64,000 nucleotides of DNA from Balanoglossus misakiensis. Taxonomy: Eukaryota > Animalia > Hemichordata. A model generated the notes under the pieces. The model ran no database searches. It worked only from the letters and a program-made list of their open reading frames with translations, and was not told the DNA's origin. Shown piece after piece: positions 26,701-37,906 of the stretch (position 1 is the first letter of the stretch; each line of letters starts with the position of its first letter). The stretch spans positions 11,439,337 to 11,503,336 of the forward strand of contig CM082586.2 in assembly GCA_040954595.2 (NCBI GenBank), written 5' to 3'. The translations under genes and the position numbers were made by a program.

Positions 26701-28074
26701 CCGTTTGAAACTAAGAAAAGAATTTATTCTTATTTATTTTGTAAAAAAGACAATTTTTCGAAAAAAAGGCGAAAATGGTAATTTTGTCTTGGGTGATTCA
26801 AATTATACCACCTTTTCTGGAATATGCAGCACTTTTTACAAGAGAACGACACTTCATGCTCCATAATATTTCCGAAAATGAAGAAAAGAGTTAATTTTTT
26901 ATGATTTTTTAAAAATTTACCATTTTTGTCAAAATATGGCCAAAATGGCTATTTTATCTTGAATTCCGTCAATATCTCTGCATTTTTGGAGTGGTCGAAA
27001 GTTTTAACATACAATCAACATGTCATATATGATCAGGGCACCAAATTCGAAGAAAAAGTTTTTTTTTAGTTTTTTTTCTAAAAATGACATTTTCAAGGAA
27101 AATTTGGTAAAAAGCAATTTTGTCTGCAGTGAGCCAAATTAGACGGTCTTTTGTGGAATTTGTATCGATATATACATACGAAGAGCATTCTATACTCCAT
27201 CAGATTTCCGAAAATGTAGAAAACAGGTATTTTTTGTAATTTTCAAAAATTTACCATTTTGACCAAATTGTGGCTAAAATTGTTATTTTCGTGTTGAATG
27301 CCGCCAGTGTCACTGCTTTTAAAAGTCATAAAAACTTTTAACATACAAGCAATTGTTTATATATGATCAGGTCACCGAATTAAAAAAAAATAAAGACTGT
27401 TTTGCCTAAAAATGACCTTTTTGGTGCAAAAACGAATAAAACGCAATTTTGTATTAAATCAGCTCATTCAGAGTGCATTTTTTATAATCAGCACCATTTT
27501 TACATATAATGGAAATTTCATACATCATCAGATATCCAAATATGAAAAAATGATTTAGATTTTAGATGATTGTCCAAAATTAGCTGATATCTAATAAATG
27601 TAGTGTTGAACCGTTCTGTTCCCCCCCCTACATTATATGCGGTACGCCGATGTCAGCTTACCCGGCAGTACTGCAGGCCGTGCCCCCAACTAACGTCGGT
27701 GTTTGAAACGCCCTGGTTAAATTCGGGCTTTCTCTATAAATTGACAGGCAATAATGCAGTCCTACCCGAACAAATGTCAAGTGTTGACCCGCTGTGACTC
27801 TCCCTCTTCGGTTTGCCCGACTTAGCCAACGTCTTTGTACTAGAGTGTCGGGTCTTTTGCAGAGCCAGGCCGAAGGAAATCCGACTTGACCACCGTTGCT
27901 AACGAACGCTAGTGTCTGTCATGGTGTGCCGGGGTTTTAGTCGAGCCAGGCCGTAGGAGATCTGACTTGATCATCGTGGTCAATGTACGCGTGTTTCCGC
28001 TCTAAAGTGCCGGGGCTTCAGCTAAACCAGGCCGTAGGAAATCCGACGTAATCACCGTTGATAACTTACGCCAG

Positions 28075-28076
<2 letters not shown>
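20797..28076. repeat. Composite macrosatellite, segment 3
   Basis: Landmark at 20957, 22830, ~24722 and 26684. Confidence 0.97.
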
Positions 28077-28111
<35 letters not shown>

Positions 28112-28284
28112 TTTATTTCACTTCCAATTTTTTTACATCGAATGGTGAAAAAGAAAATGTACTATTTAAGTGAAAAAGGAGGTAGGAAAAATAGTGCATT
28201 CGCACTAGTCAAGTCCATCCCCTCATGGTGAACAGTAGAACACTTGGTTAGTAATACATACAAAAGGAAGAAATAAAAGTCAAA

Positions 28285-30231
28285 CTATACTTTTCCTAAC
28301 AAGGATTTCATATGTTTCTTAAATGAAAATTTTGACCTTGTTGAGCGCATATTTTCAGGAAGTTTATTCCAAACCTTTGCTGCAGTGTACTTTATGGAAT
28401 TTTGGCCAGCATTACTGTTATATTTCGGAATAAAAAGATCACCTATATCTTTTGATCTGGTATGATAAGAGTGTTGAATAGGAACGAAATACTCTGAGAA
28501 TCCTGGTGGAAGCTTGCCATTAAGAGCATCATGAACAAACAAGGACAGTTGAAGATCACGTTGCTTGTATACATTCAAAATATGTAACTCATTAAACAAT
28601 GGTGAAGAGTGTGCAAGACGGTCTGATCCCGCCAATACACGTACAATTCTTTTCTGTGTAACAAGTATTGGCCTCAAAAAAGATAAATAAGTATTTCCCC
28701 AAGTTTCTATAGCATAGGAAATGTGTGGGAGGATAAAACAATTGTACAATAGTATAAGAATATGTCGTGGGACAACATCCCTTAACCTATAAAGAATACC
28801 AGTCTTCATACTAATCGTTCTGTTTACATTTCTAATGTGATGTTTCCATGTTAACTTATTGTCTATTTCTACACCGATATACTTAGTTGTTTGTACTTCG
28901 TCTATTGTTACCCCTTTAACATCAATTTCTCCTGTTGTCTCTACTGACACGTTCTTACCTCTAAAAATAACATATTCAGTTTTCTTTGAGTGTACAGTTA
29001 ATTTGTTGGCATCACACCAGTTTATAACATTTTTCAATTGTGAATTAACTTCTGAGAGATCTATTATATTTCTTGGATTAAATGTATGAAATAGACTGGT
29101 ATCGTCTGCAAATAGACGCGTGTCAAAATACCTTGCTGCCCCTGTTATATCATTTACATAGATGAGAAAAAGTGTTGGACCCAGCACAGAACCTTGTGGA
29201 ACTCCACAGGATATTTGTAATTCATCTGATCGTACACCATTTACATTTACATGTTGCCTTCTGTTGGTCAAATAGCTTCTAAAAAGATTTTTAGGGAGTC
29301 CCCTAACACCATAATTGTCCAGTTTGTCTATCAAAATGTCATGATTCGCGGTGTCAAATGCTTTCTTCAAGTCAAGAAATATCCTGATAACCTTATTTCC
29401 CATATCAATTTCGTCCAGAATTTTCTGTGCTAGTTCCACAATTGCCAATTTAGTACTATAATTCTCTCTGAAGCCATACTGGTAAGGGTACAGTAAATCA
29501 AATTTGTTAAAATAGGAAATAATTTGCTTATTAATAAGTTTTTCAAAAATTTTACTAATTTGTGGCAATACAGACACTGGTCTAAAATTACCTGGATCAG
29601 TCGTCTCTCCTTTTTTGAAGATAGGAGTCACTTTTGCTATTTTTAAGGAATCTGGGAAAATTCAAGTTGTGATCGTTAAATTGATAATATAACTAAGAGG
29701 CTTAGAAATATATAATGCTGCATTGATTAACAATTTTGGGCTAATGTAGTCATAACCCACTGCCTTCCGCGTATCTAATGCTTGAAGTAATTTAAAAACT
29801 TCTTGTTCAGAGGTTCCTTGAAGAAAAAAAGAATGCAATGTACAATGTGATAAGTATAACAAGTAACTTTTGTTTGAATGAGTTATACTACTAGCAAGAG
29901 CCTCTCCAATTTAGACAAAAAACTCATTAAACCCATTGACAATGTCACAATGGGTGATCAGGGTAGTCTGCCGACCAGCTGAAGACATTTGTAAACTACT
30001 TGGTAGATTTACATGTTTACCACCACCCCTCAAAATATCATTAATAATTTTCTATGTCTTACTAGTATCTGCTTGATAGTGTGTAAACTGGTCAGAATAA
30101 TAATCTTGCTTAGCCTTTTTCAGAATATTTGTAAGCATGTTCCGGTAGCATTTGTATTTTGTAAAGACGTCTGGCCGATAATTAGTTTTTAAGACATTTG
30201 AGTAGAGCTTGTGTTTCTGGTCAATTGATTT
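28285..30231 (-). pseudogene. LINE ORF2, reverse-transcriptase half (open 28285-29631; disrupted upstream)
   Basis: PIFKKG..DPGNFRPVSVL, QYGFR, FLDLKKAFDT, GVPQGSVLGPTLFLIYVND, LFADDT, KYIG. Stops and frameshifts between 29631 and 30231. Confidence 0.92.
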
Positions 30232-31981
30232 TTTAGGTCCCATTGGTATAGGCCTATATACCATGGGACCTTATGGGATGGGTTGCGTCTGTATGTATGT
30301 ATGTATGGATGGATGGATGGATGTATGTATGTCTGTATGTCCGTCCACATCAAAAACTTGAAAACCGCTGCGCGTATCACCTCAATATTTGGTGTGTAGG
30401 TGCAGGCAGGGCTGTAGATGGGAGTTTGTCCAAACGAAGTTGCCAGGCCCAAAAATATGCAAATATGCTTGTAAAATGTGAAATTGATCAAAACTCTGTA
30501 AGTCAGCAACTACTGGTCAGATTGCTTTGAAAATTGGTATGTATGTACCTTATGTCAACCTCACACCGACCTGTAAGTGTTAAGTTGATATAATGGATGT
30601 TTTATTTTTTATGAATTTTTTAGTCTTTTTATTAAATTTATACCTTTACTTATACCTCTATGGTTAAGCTATGTCCACGTCTTATTGTGGAATTCTGGTC
30701 TGTGCAATAGTCCTGTACAGTGACTGTCTATTGGTCAGTGAGCACAATGGGGCCAAAATAAAAGGCAAATTTTTGGGCTCACCTGTAACACCTTCTTAAC
30801 ACATTAATTATGTGCATACCTAATTCCGGGCTAACTAATAGGGCTAGAGGTTTCGTTCTTGTGGGACATGGACCAGTATAGGGTCAAAATTTTTTGCCCA
30901 AATTTTGGGTGACCTCAGGTGACCTTTGACCTACTTTCCTATATCTCGGCATCCAGAGCAGGTACAGACTTGGCGTTTGGAGGGTTGGGACTAAAATTGA
31001 AAAGCCAAAATATGGGTCACCAGTGACACCTGCATATCTCATTAATTATGTGCATACCTAATTTCAGGCTAACCAATAGGGCTATAGGTTTGGTTTTTGT
31101 TGAACATGGACCAGTATAGGGTCAAAATTTCTTGCCCAAATTTTGCATGACCTCAGGTGACCTTTGACCTACTTTTCCATATCTTGGCATCCAGAGCAGG
31201 TACAGACTTGGCGTTTGGAGGATTGGCACTAAAATTGAAAAGCCAAAATTGGGGGTCACCTGTGACACCTGCATATCTTATTAATTATGTGCATACCTAA
31301 TTCCAGGCTAATCAATAAGGCTATAGGTTTGGTTTTTGTTGAACATGGACCAGTATAGGGTCAAAATTTCTTGCCCAAATTTTGCATGACCTTAGGTGAC
31401 CTTTGACCTACTTTACCATATCTTGGCATCCAGAGCAGGTACAGACTTGGCGTTTGGAGGGTTGGCACTAAAATTGAAAAGCCAAAATAGGGGGGCACCT
31501 GTGACACCTGCATATCTCATTAATTATGTGCATACCTAATTCCAGGCTAACCAATAAGGCTATAGGTTTGGTTATTATTGAACATGGACCAGTATAAGGT
31601 CAACATTTCTTGCCCAAATTTTGCATGACCTCAGGTGACCTTTGACCTACTTTATCATATCTTGGCATCCAGAGCAGGTAGACTTCGCGTTTGGAGGGTT
31701 GGGACTAAAATTGAAAAGCCAAAATTGGGGGTCACCTATGACACCTGCATATCTCATTAATTATGTGCATACCTAATTACAGGCTAACCAATAGGGCTAT
31801 AGGTTTGGTTTTTGTTGAACATGGACCAGTATAGGGTCAAAATTTCTTGCCCAAATTTTTTGCTTGACCTCAGGTGACCTTTGACCTACTTTTCCATATC
31901 TTTGCATCCAGAGCAGATATGCTTATTGCTATGTTGCTATGTGCTATGTCCTCAAATGGGACCACAGTGTCCTTGACGCTA
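30232..31981 (+). mobile_element. Helentron-associated non-autonomous element (HINE/DINE-1-like) with ~5 x 239-bp core repeats
   Basis: Inserted in a T-run and splits LINE codons GIK|KSID. 5' hairpin aggtcccattgg...ccatgggacct, then a (TGTA)n/(TGGA)n microsatellite. Core repeats at 30918, 31156, 31395, 31634, 31873. 3' subTIR aatgggacc and hairpin agtgtc-ctt-gacgct. Confidence 0.85.
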
Positions 31982-32913
31982 TTTTTTATTCCAGCAGTTA
32001 TCCATGGTTTCCGTATTTTTCTTTTTGAACTAAGCTTTTTAGAAAGCAGTGGAGCATGCTTATTACAAATATTCGAGAAAATGGTTAAAAACGAGTCATA
32101 TGCTGTATTAGCATCAGTACTCTCATACACAGCTGCCCAATTGACACTACTTAACTCATCTTGAAATAAACCTATATTAAAATTACGGTAGTCCCTGAAG
32201 GTAACACTCTTTGGTTTTTGGAAATAAATACGAAGATCCTCAAAGATGGCAAATATAGGCAAATGGTCAGCAAGATGAACATCAATAGTTCCACAATTAA
32301 CAAAATGACTATGTATATTTGTATAAATATGATCAATAACCGTTCTTGAATGATCTGATATATGTGTTGGCACAGTGATCATCTGAGTTAGGTTAAAAGA
32401 AGACATACTATTATTAAGATCAACCGTTTCATATGCATTTAAATCAGACGCATTTACATTAAAGTCACCCACAAGTATGCACTGCATCTTCTTGCGGTCA
32501 ATATCAGTCAATACAGATTCAAGACTTTCAAGGAATTCGCCTATATTAGTGTTTGGTTTCCTATACACTACTCCAAGAATGAGTGATTTCTTCTTTGGCA
32601 AGTCAAATTTGAGCCAGATAGATTCAGAATGATTTACAGTCGCTTCAATGGAGGTATAATTCAAAGATGAGTCTATATATGCCCCAACTCCCCCACCCCG
32701 CTGGTCATTTCGACATTTTCTTTCCAAATGATAGCCTTCTAAACAATAAAGCTCTTTATTTTGAACCTGCCAGATCTCTGATAATGCTATAACTTTGATT
32801 TTTGATTCATCAAGTGACTCATATAACAATTTAAATTCATGAAAGTTTCGACTGAGGGACCGAATATTACAATGAGATATAGAGAATGTAGAAATAGGTG
32901 TATTACTAACCAA
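31982..32913 (-). pseudogene. LINE ORF2, apurinic endonuclease half
   Basis: HCNIRSL, IALSEIW, GGGVG, VYRKP, VGDFN, IDHIY, DHLPI, KPWITAGIK. Confidence 0.92.
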
Positions 32914-33032
32914 GTTGCAGAACTCAGTAAGAATATGATTTACATTTCCTATAACAATCAGAGTTTAACAATTGTTCCGCTTCTACAGAAGTCATTGAAA
33001 TACAATGAATCCACAGATTCAGAAAAATAAAA

Positions 33033-33241
33033 TTATTGAACGAATCTATCAACATCTGTGGAGTCGTTTTTTCTTTGTATACGGTTTAATTGACTCTCTG
33101 AAAATTTTTGTTCACCTAGCCACTGTCTACAAAATACATTTGGTGGCCAGAAACTAGACTCAAGCAAAAGCTTAGCCTGGTGAAAGGATACGTTGATTTT
33201 AGCAGCAACAGCGCCTTTGCGTTTACTGGATATGATTCTCG
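33033..33241 (-). pseudogene. C-terminal remnant of LINE ORF1
   Basis: AKINV...LLESSFWPPNVFCRQW resembles the ORF1 C-termini of CR1/L2-group elements. It lies directly upstream of ORF2 and is cut at the satellite junction. Confidence 0.65.
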
Positions 33242-34364
33242 AGTCTGTGTCATATAGAGCCGGTGCACCAGCCGAGTCACGCCGTACGAAATCTGACTTG
33301 ATCAACGTGGTCAATGTACGCCTGTTTCTGCTCTAGAGTGCCGGGGCTTCAGCTGAGCCAGGCCGTAGGAAACCCGACGTGATTACCGTTGTTAACTTAC
33401 GCCAGTCTGTGTCCTATATATAGTGCCGGGGCATCAGCCGTGCCAGGCCGAAGGAAATGTGAGTAGATTAACGTGGTCTCTGTACGCGTGTTTCTGCTCT
33501 AGAGTGCCAGGGTTTTAGCCAAGCCAAGCCGTAGGAAATCTGACTTGATCACCGTTGCTAACGAACGCTAGTGTCTGTCATAGTGTGCCGGGGTTTTAGT
33601 CGAGCCAAGCCGTAGGAGATCAGACTTGATCAACGTGGTCTCTGTACGCCTGTTTCTGCTCTAGAGTGCCGGGGCTTCAGCTGAGCCAGGCCGTAGGAAA
33701 CCCGTCGTGATTACCGTTGTTAACATACGCCAGTCTGTGTCCTATATATAGTGCCGGGGCATCAGCCGTGCCAGGCCGAAGGAAATGTGAGTAGATCAAC
33801 GTGGTCTCTGTAGGCGTGTTTCTGCTCTAGAGTGCCGGTGCTTTATCCAAGCCATGCCGTAGAAAATCTGACTTGATCACTGTTGCTAACGTACGCTAGT
33901 GTTCGTCATATTGTGACGGCGATTTAGCCGAGCCAGGCCGTAGAAAAATCGACTTGTTCAACGTTACCAGTGTGCAACTGTTTCTGCTCTAGAGTGTCAG
34001 GGTTTTAGCCGACTTATGCTGTAGGAAATCTGAGTTGATGAACGGGAATTCAATGTTAGAAAACCCGTGTGGAAAGTATCTCTACCCGTTTGAAACTAAG
34101 AAAAGAATTTATTCTTATTTATTTTGTAAAAAAGACAATATTTCGAAAAAAGTCGAAAATGGTTATTTTGTCTTGGGTGATTCAAATTATACCGCCTTTT
34201 CTGGAATTTGCAGCACTTTTTTCAAGAGAACGACACTTCATGCTCCATAATATTTCCGAAAATGAAGAAAAGAGTTAATTTTTTATGATTTTTTTAAAAA
34301 TTTACCATTTTTATCAAAATATGGCCAAAATGGCTATTTTTTCTTGAATTCCGTCAATATCTCT
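33242..34364. repeat. Composite macrosatellite, segment 4
   Basis: Resumes in register after the LINE; landmark at 34069. Confidence 0.97.
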
Positions 34365-35698
34365 TAGTCCGTGGGCACGACGGGTCCACCGTGCACCCCC
34401 CCCCCCCATAAACCTACCACTTGGGTATTTTTTTGTTCTTTAGAACGTGCTGAACAAGAAAAAAGATGTTAACATTGAATATTTTGGGTTGCACTACCCC
34501 TCCGGGGTGGTTTTTGAATGGTATGTGCCGCTCAAAATGGCGAAAAATGGGTTGGGTGGGGGGTACTATATTCTCTCCTAAAAAAATAAAACTACCATGA
34601 AATTACATAAACCTCATATTTTTAGAAAGCTTAGATACTGCTCTTTACGGGAAGCACAAACTTTATTAAACAATATTTATGAATATTTAATTAGATGATT
34701 TTTAAATTAATTTTTTCGGCAATTTTGAAAGTTTTCACTCAAAAGACAATGTTACAATTGTGATTTTCTTTTTGTGAAGCAAATTTTTGACAACTTTTTA
34801 GGTTTGGATTATTTAATTCTATATATTAAACAAGAAAACAAATGTTAACATTAGTTATTTAACAATACAATACTTCTTTAGAGACAACTTTGAAATGCAT
34901 GTATCCTATGGGATTACGCATGGTCTTGGGGTAGGGGTACTATATCCTCTCCTAAAAAAAATAAAACTAGCAAACAATTACATAAACCTTATATTTTTAG
35001 AAAGCTTAGACACTGCTCTTTACGGGAAGCACAAACTTAATTATAAAAAAAATTATGAATATTTAATTATAAGATTTTTAAATTAATTTTTTCGGCAATT
35101 TTGAAAATATTCACCCCAAAGACAACGCAACAATTGTGATTTTCTTTTTGTAAAGCAAATTTTTGACATCTTTGGGGGTTTGGATTATTGACTTCTGTTT
35201 ATTAAACAAGAAAACAAATGTTAACATTAGTTATATAACAATACAATACTTCTTTAGAGACAACTTTGAAATGCATGTATCCTATGGGATTACGCTTGGT
35301 CTTCGGGTAGGGGGTACTATATCCTCTCCTACAAAAATAAAGCTAGCTTCAAAGTACATAAACCTTATTATTTTAGAAAGCTTAGACACTGCTCTTTACG
35401 GGAAGTGCAAATAGGAGTAAAATTAATTTTTGATTATTTAATTATATGATTTTTAAATTATTTTCTTCGGCAATTTTGAAAATATTCATCCCCAAAGACA
35501 ACGCAATGATTGTGATTTTGTTTTTGTGAAGCAAATTTTTGACAGCTTTTTGGGGTTTGGATTATTGACTTCTATATATACTAAACAAGAAAGCAAATGT
35601 TAACATTAGTTATTTAACAATAAAACACTTCTTTAGAGACAACTTTGAAATGTGTGTATCCTGTGGGATTACGCATGGTCTTGGGGTAGGTGGTACTA
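34365..35698 (+). repeat. Left TIR arm containing ~3 x 376-bp tandem repeats
   Basis: gaaagcttaga at 34625, 35000 and 35376. Positions 34365-~35565 are the reverse complement of 61781-62983. Confidence 0.92.
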
Positions 35699-37840
35699 GA
35701 TTCTATATTGATTTGAAATGGCAGATCAATATGTTTGGTAATAATTCAGTTATTGCAGTTGGGGACTGGAATGTAGTGAGGGTTTTGATGCTGACACAGC
35801 TGGCCGCACTACAGACTCTCACTCGGATGCAAGGCAACAAATTGATCTTCTCTGTGATGAGTATAATTTGATAGATATTTGGCGGATGATAAACGAGTCC
35901 TCGCGTACATTTACGTAGTTTAGGCGCAAAAGACTGGATTATTTTCTTATTACGCCTGAATTCGCTAATGTGACCGCAACTGCAAATATTTGTGTCGGTT
36001 ACCGGAGTGACCACTCTGCAATACGTCTCTCTCGGATGACAACGATTATGTGGACATTGTTAAAAACACAATTCGGGATACTAAGGATGAGTACAGACAG
36101 GAGGGAAGCTCTCAAGCTGGTCCCACTTTTACCATTTCGGATCAACTTTTCTTGGATACGTTGAAAATAAAAATTCGTGGAGTTACGATTTCGTATGCAA
36201 CTAGGAATTTATTAGGGCCGAGAAACAGCTTGAAACGGAGAATATTTTACTAGAAACTCGTGTGAATGATCTATAAACGCCTGACATGTTAGATGAACTG
36301 CATGAAAAAAGAACAGTTGATAGCATACTGTCAAAAAAGTAGAAGGAAGTCGCGTACGTGCTCGGGCCAGGTGGTCTACAGAAGGGGAAAAACCTACTAA
36401 GTATTTTTGCTCTATGGAAAAGAGACATTTCACCAATAAAGCCATCGGTCAGCTGTGCCTGAGTGTTGGCTCCACAATAACTGAGGACGAAGACATCCTT
36501 CGTGAACAATCTAAGTTTTACCGGAATCTATATGCGGCTACCAAAAACGTTGCTTGCAATATTGATCAGTTAGATAATTTTATGCAGCATGGAAATACTT
36601 TGCCTACTTTGAGTACTGAGGAACGGGATTCTTTGGAAGGGGCCCTGTCTAAGCATGAATGTGGAGTAGTGTTGAAGTCAATAGCAAATAATAAGTCACC
36701 AGGAACAGACGGTTTTTCTGCCGAAATTTTTTTGGCCCGACATTGGTGTTTATATAGCCCGTGCAATTAATTCCGCCTACTCCTCAGGCGAAATGTCTAT
36801 TTCTCAAAAGCGGGGAATTGTTACTTGTATCCCGAAACCCAACAAGAATAGATTTCACATGAAAAATTGGCGCCGTATTACATTGCTAAACACGGATGAT
36901 AAGATTGCATCTGGTGTTATAGCAAACCGTATGAAACGGTTCTTGCCAAAAATTATTCACCCTGACTAGAAAGGTTTTTTGAGGAAAGGAAGGTGTATTG
37001 GTGAAAATACACGTTTGATTGATGATGTATCGTTAACTTCAAAGATAGACAAGGTTTTCTTGTACTTCTAGACTTTGAAATGGCGTTTGACACGCTTTCT
37101 TGGGAATTTATCGATAAAGCATTGAGAAAGTTTAATTTTTATCCCTCTTTCAGAAAATGGGTCAAAGTGTTTTATAAAAACACCACTAGTTGTGTTATAA
37201 ATAACGGAAACTTTCCTGATTTTCCCCTCGAGAGAGGTGTTAGACAAGATGATCCTCTATCACCGTACCTGTTTATCACCTGTGTTGAAAAACTTGCGCA
37301 TGAAATCAGAGCCCATAGTAATATAGAAGGAATTACACTTAGAGATAAAAAAAAAATTACTGGGGCAATACGCAGATGATATTTTTGTATATTTAGATGG
37401 TTCTGAAAGTTCTCTGAAAAATCTGTTTGCTACCTTGGGTTTCTTTACTTTTCTGTCGGGTTTGCGAATTAACTACCAAAAAACTAAATTGGTTTGGTTT
37501 GGCGCTAAATGCCATTCACATGATATTTTGTTGCCAAAAAAGAACTTATTATGGGTTGATGAACCGTTAACAGTTCTTGGTATTAACCTGAACGTTGATC
37601 TTGTTGGGCTTGATATGTTAAATTTTACACCAAAAGTAAGGGAAGTGTCCACACTGCTTACTAAGTGGTCATGGCGACCTGTGACCTTGTTTGGCAAGAT
37701 AACAATAGCTAAAACACTTGCTTTGTCAAAGTTTATTCATATTTTCTCATCCTTACCTCCCATGTCAGATAATCAAATATGTACACTTATTAGAGTTTTA
37801 TCGGAATTCAAAACCTGATAAAGTCAATAGATTAAGATTA
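35699..37840 (+). pseudogene. Decayed L1/Tx1-type ORF2, 5' part (end of endonuclease + RT)
   Basis: VGDWN, GYRSDHSAI, KSPGTDGF, KNWRRITLLN, LDFEMAFD, RGVRQDDPLSPYLF, QYADD, GLRINYQKT, GKITIAKTLALSKF. Many frameshifts and stops. Confidence 0.9.
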
Positions 37841-37906
37841 TTAGGGCCCAAGCCCAGCAGGCTAAGCCCAGCAGGCTTGGGCCCTATTGTTTTTACTGTA
37901 GTTTTT

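Larger units (their letters stand above)
28077..33241 (-). mobile_element. CR1/L2-group (Crack/Daphne-like) non-LTR retrotransposon, 5'-truncated, interrupted
   Basis: (ATTG)n-type 3' tail at 28077-28110. AGTC is repeated at both junctions (28073-28076 and 33242-33245). APE and RT ORF2 fragments plus the C-terminus of ORF1. Confidence 0.92.

Noticed and set aside
31870-31981. C-terminal tail of the 347-aa endonuclease ORF
   Set aside because: It is read-through into the inserted HINE; the true frame continues at KKSIDQKHK near 30231.
33033-33314. 93-aa ORF as a complete ORF1
   Set aside because: Its N-terminal part (33242-33314) is read from the flanking satellite; only the C-terminal part belongs to the LINE.
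746-34278. Recurrent short ORFs (MESISTRLK..., MSKYGQNG..., MNRSVPPP...) as a gene family
   Set aside because: They mostly use GTG/TTG starts, are broken by homopolymer indels between copies and show no domain motifs; they are by-products of the satellite.
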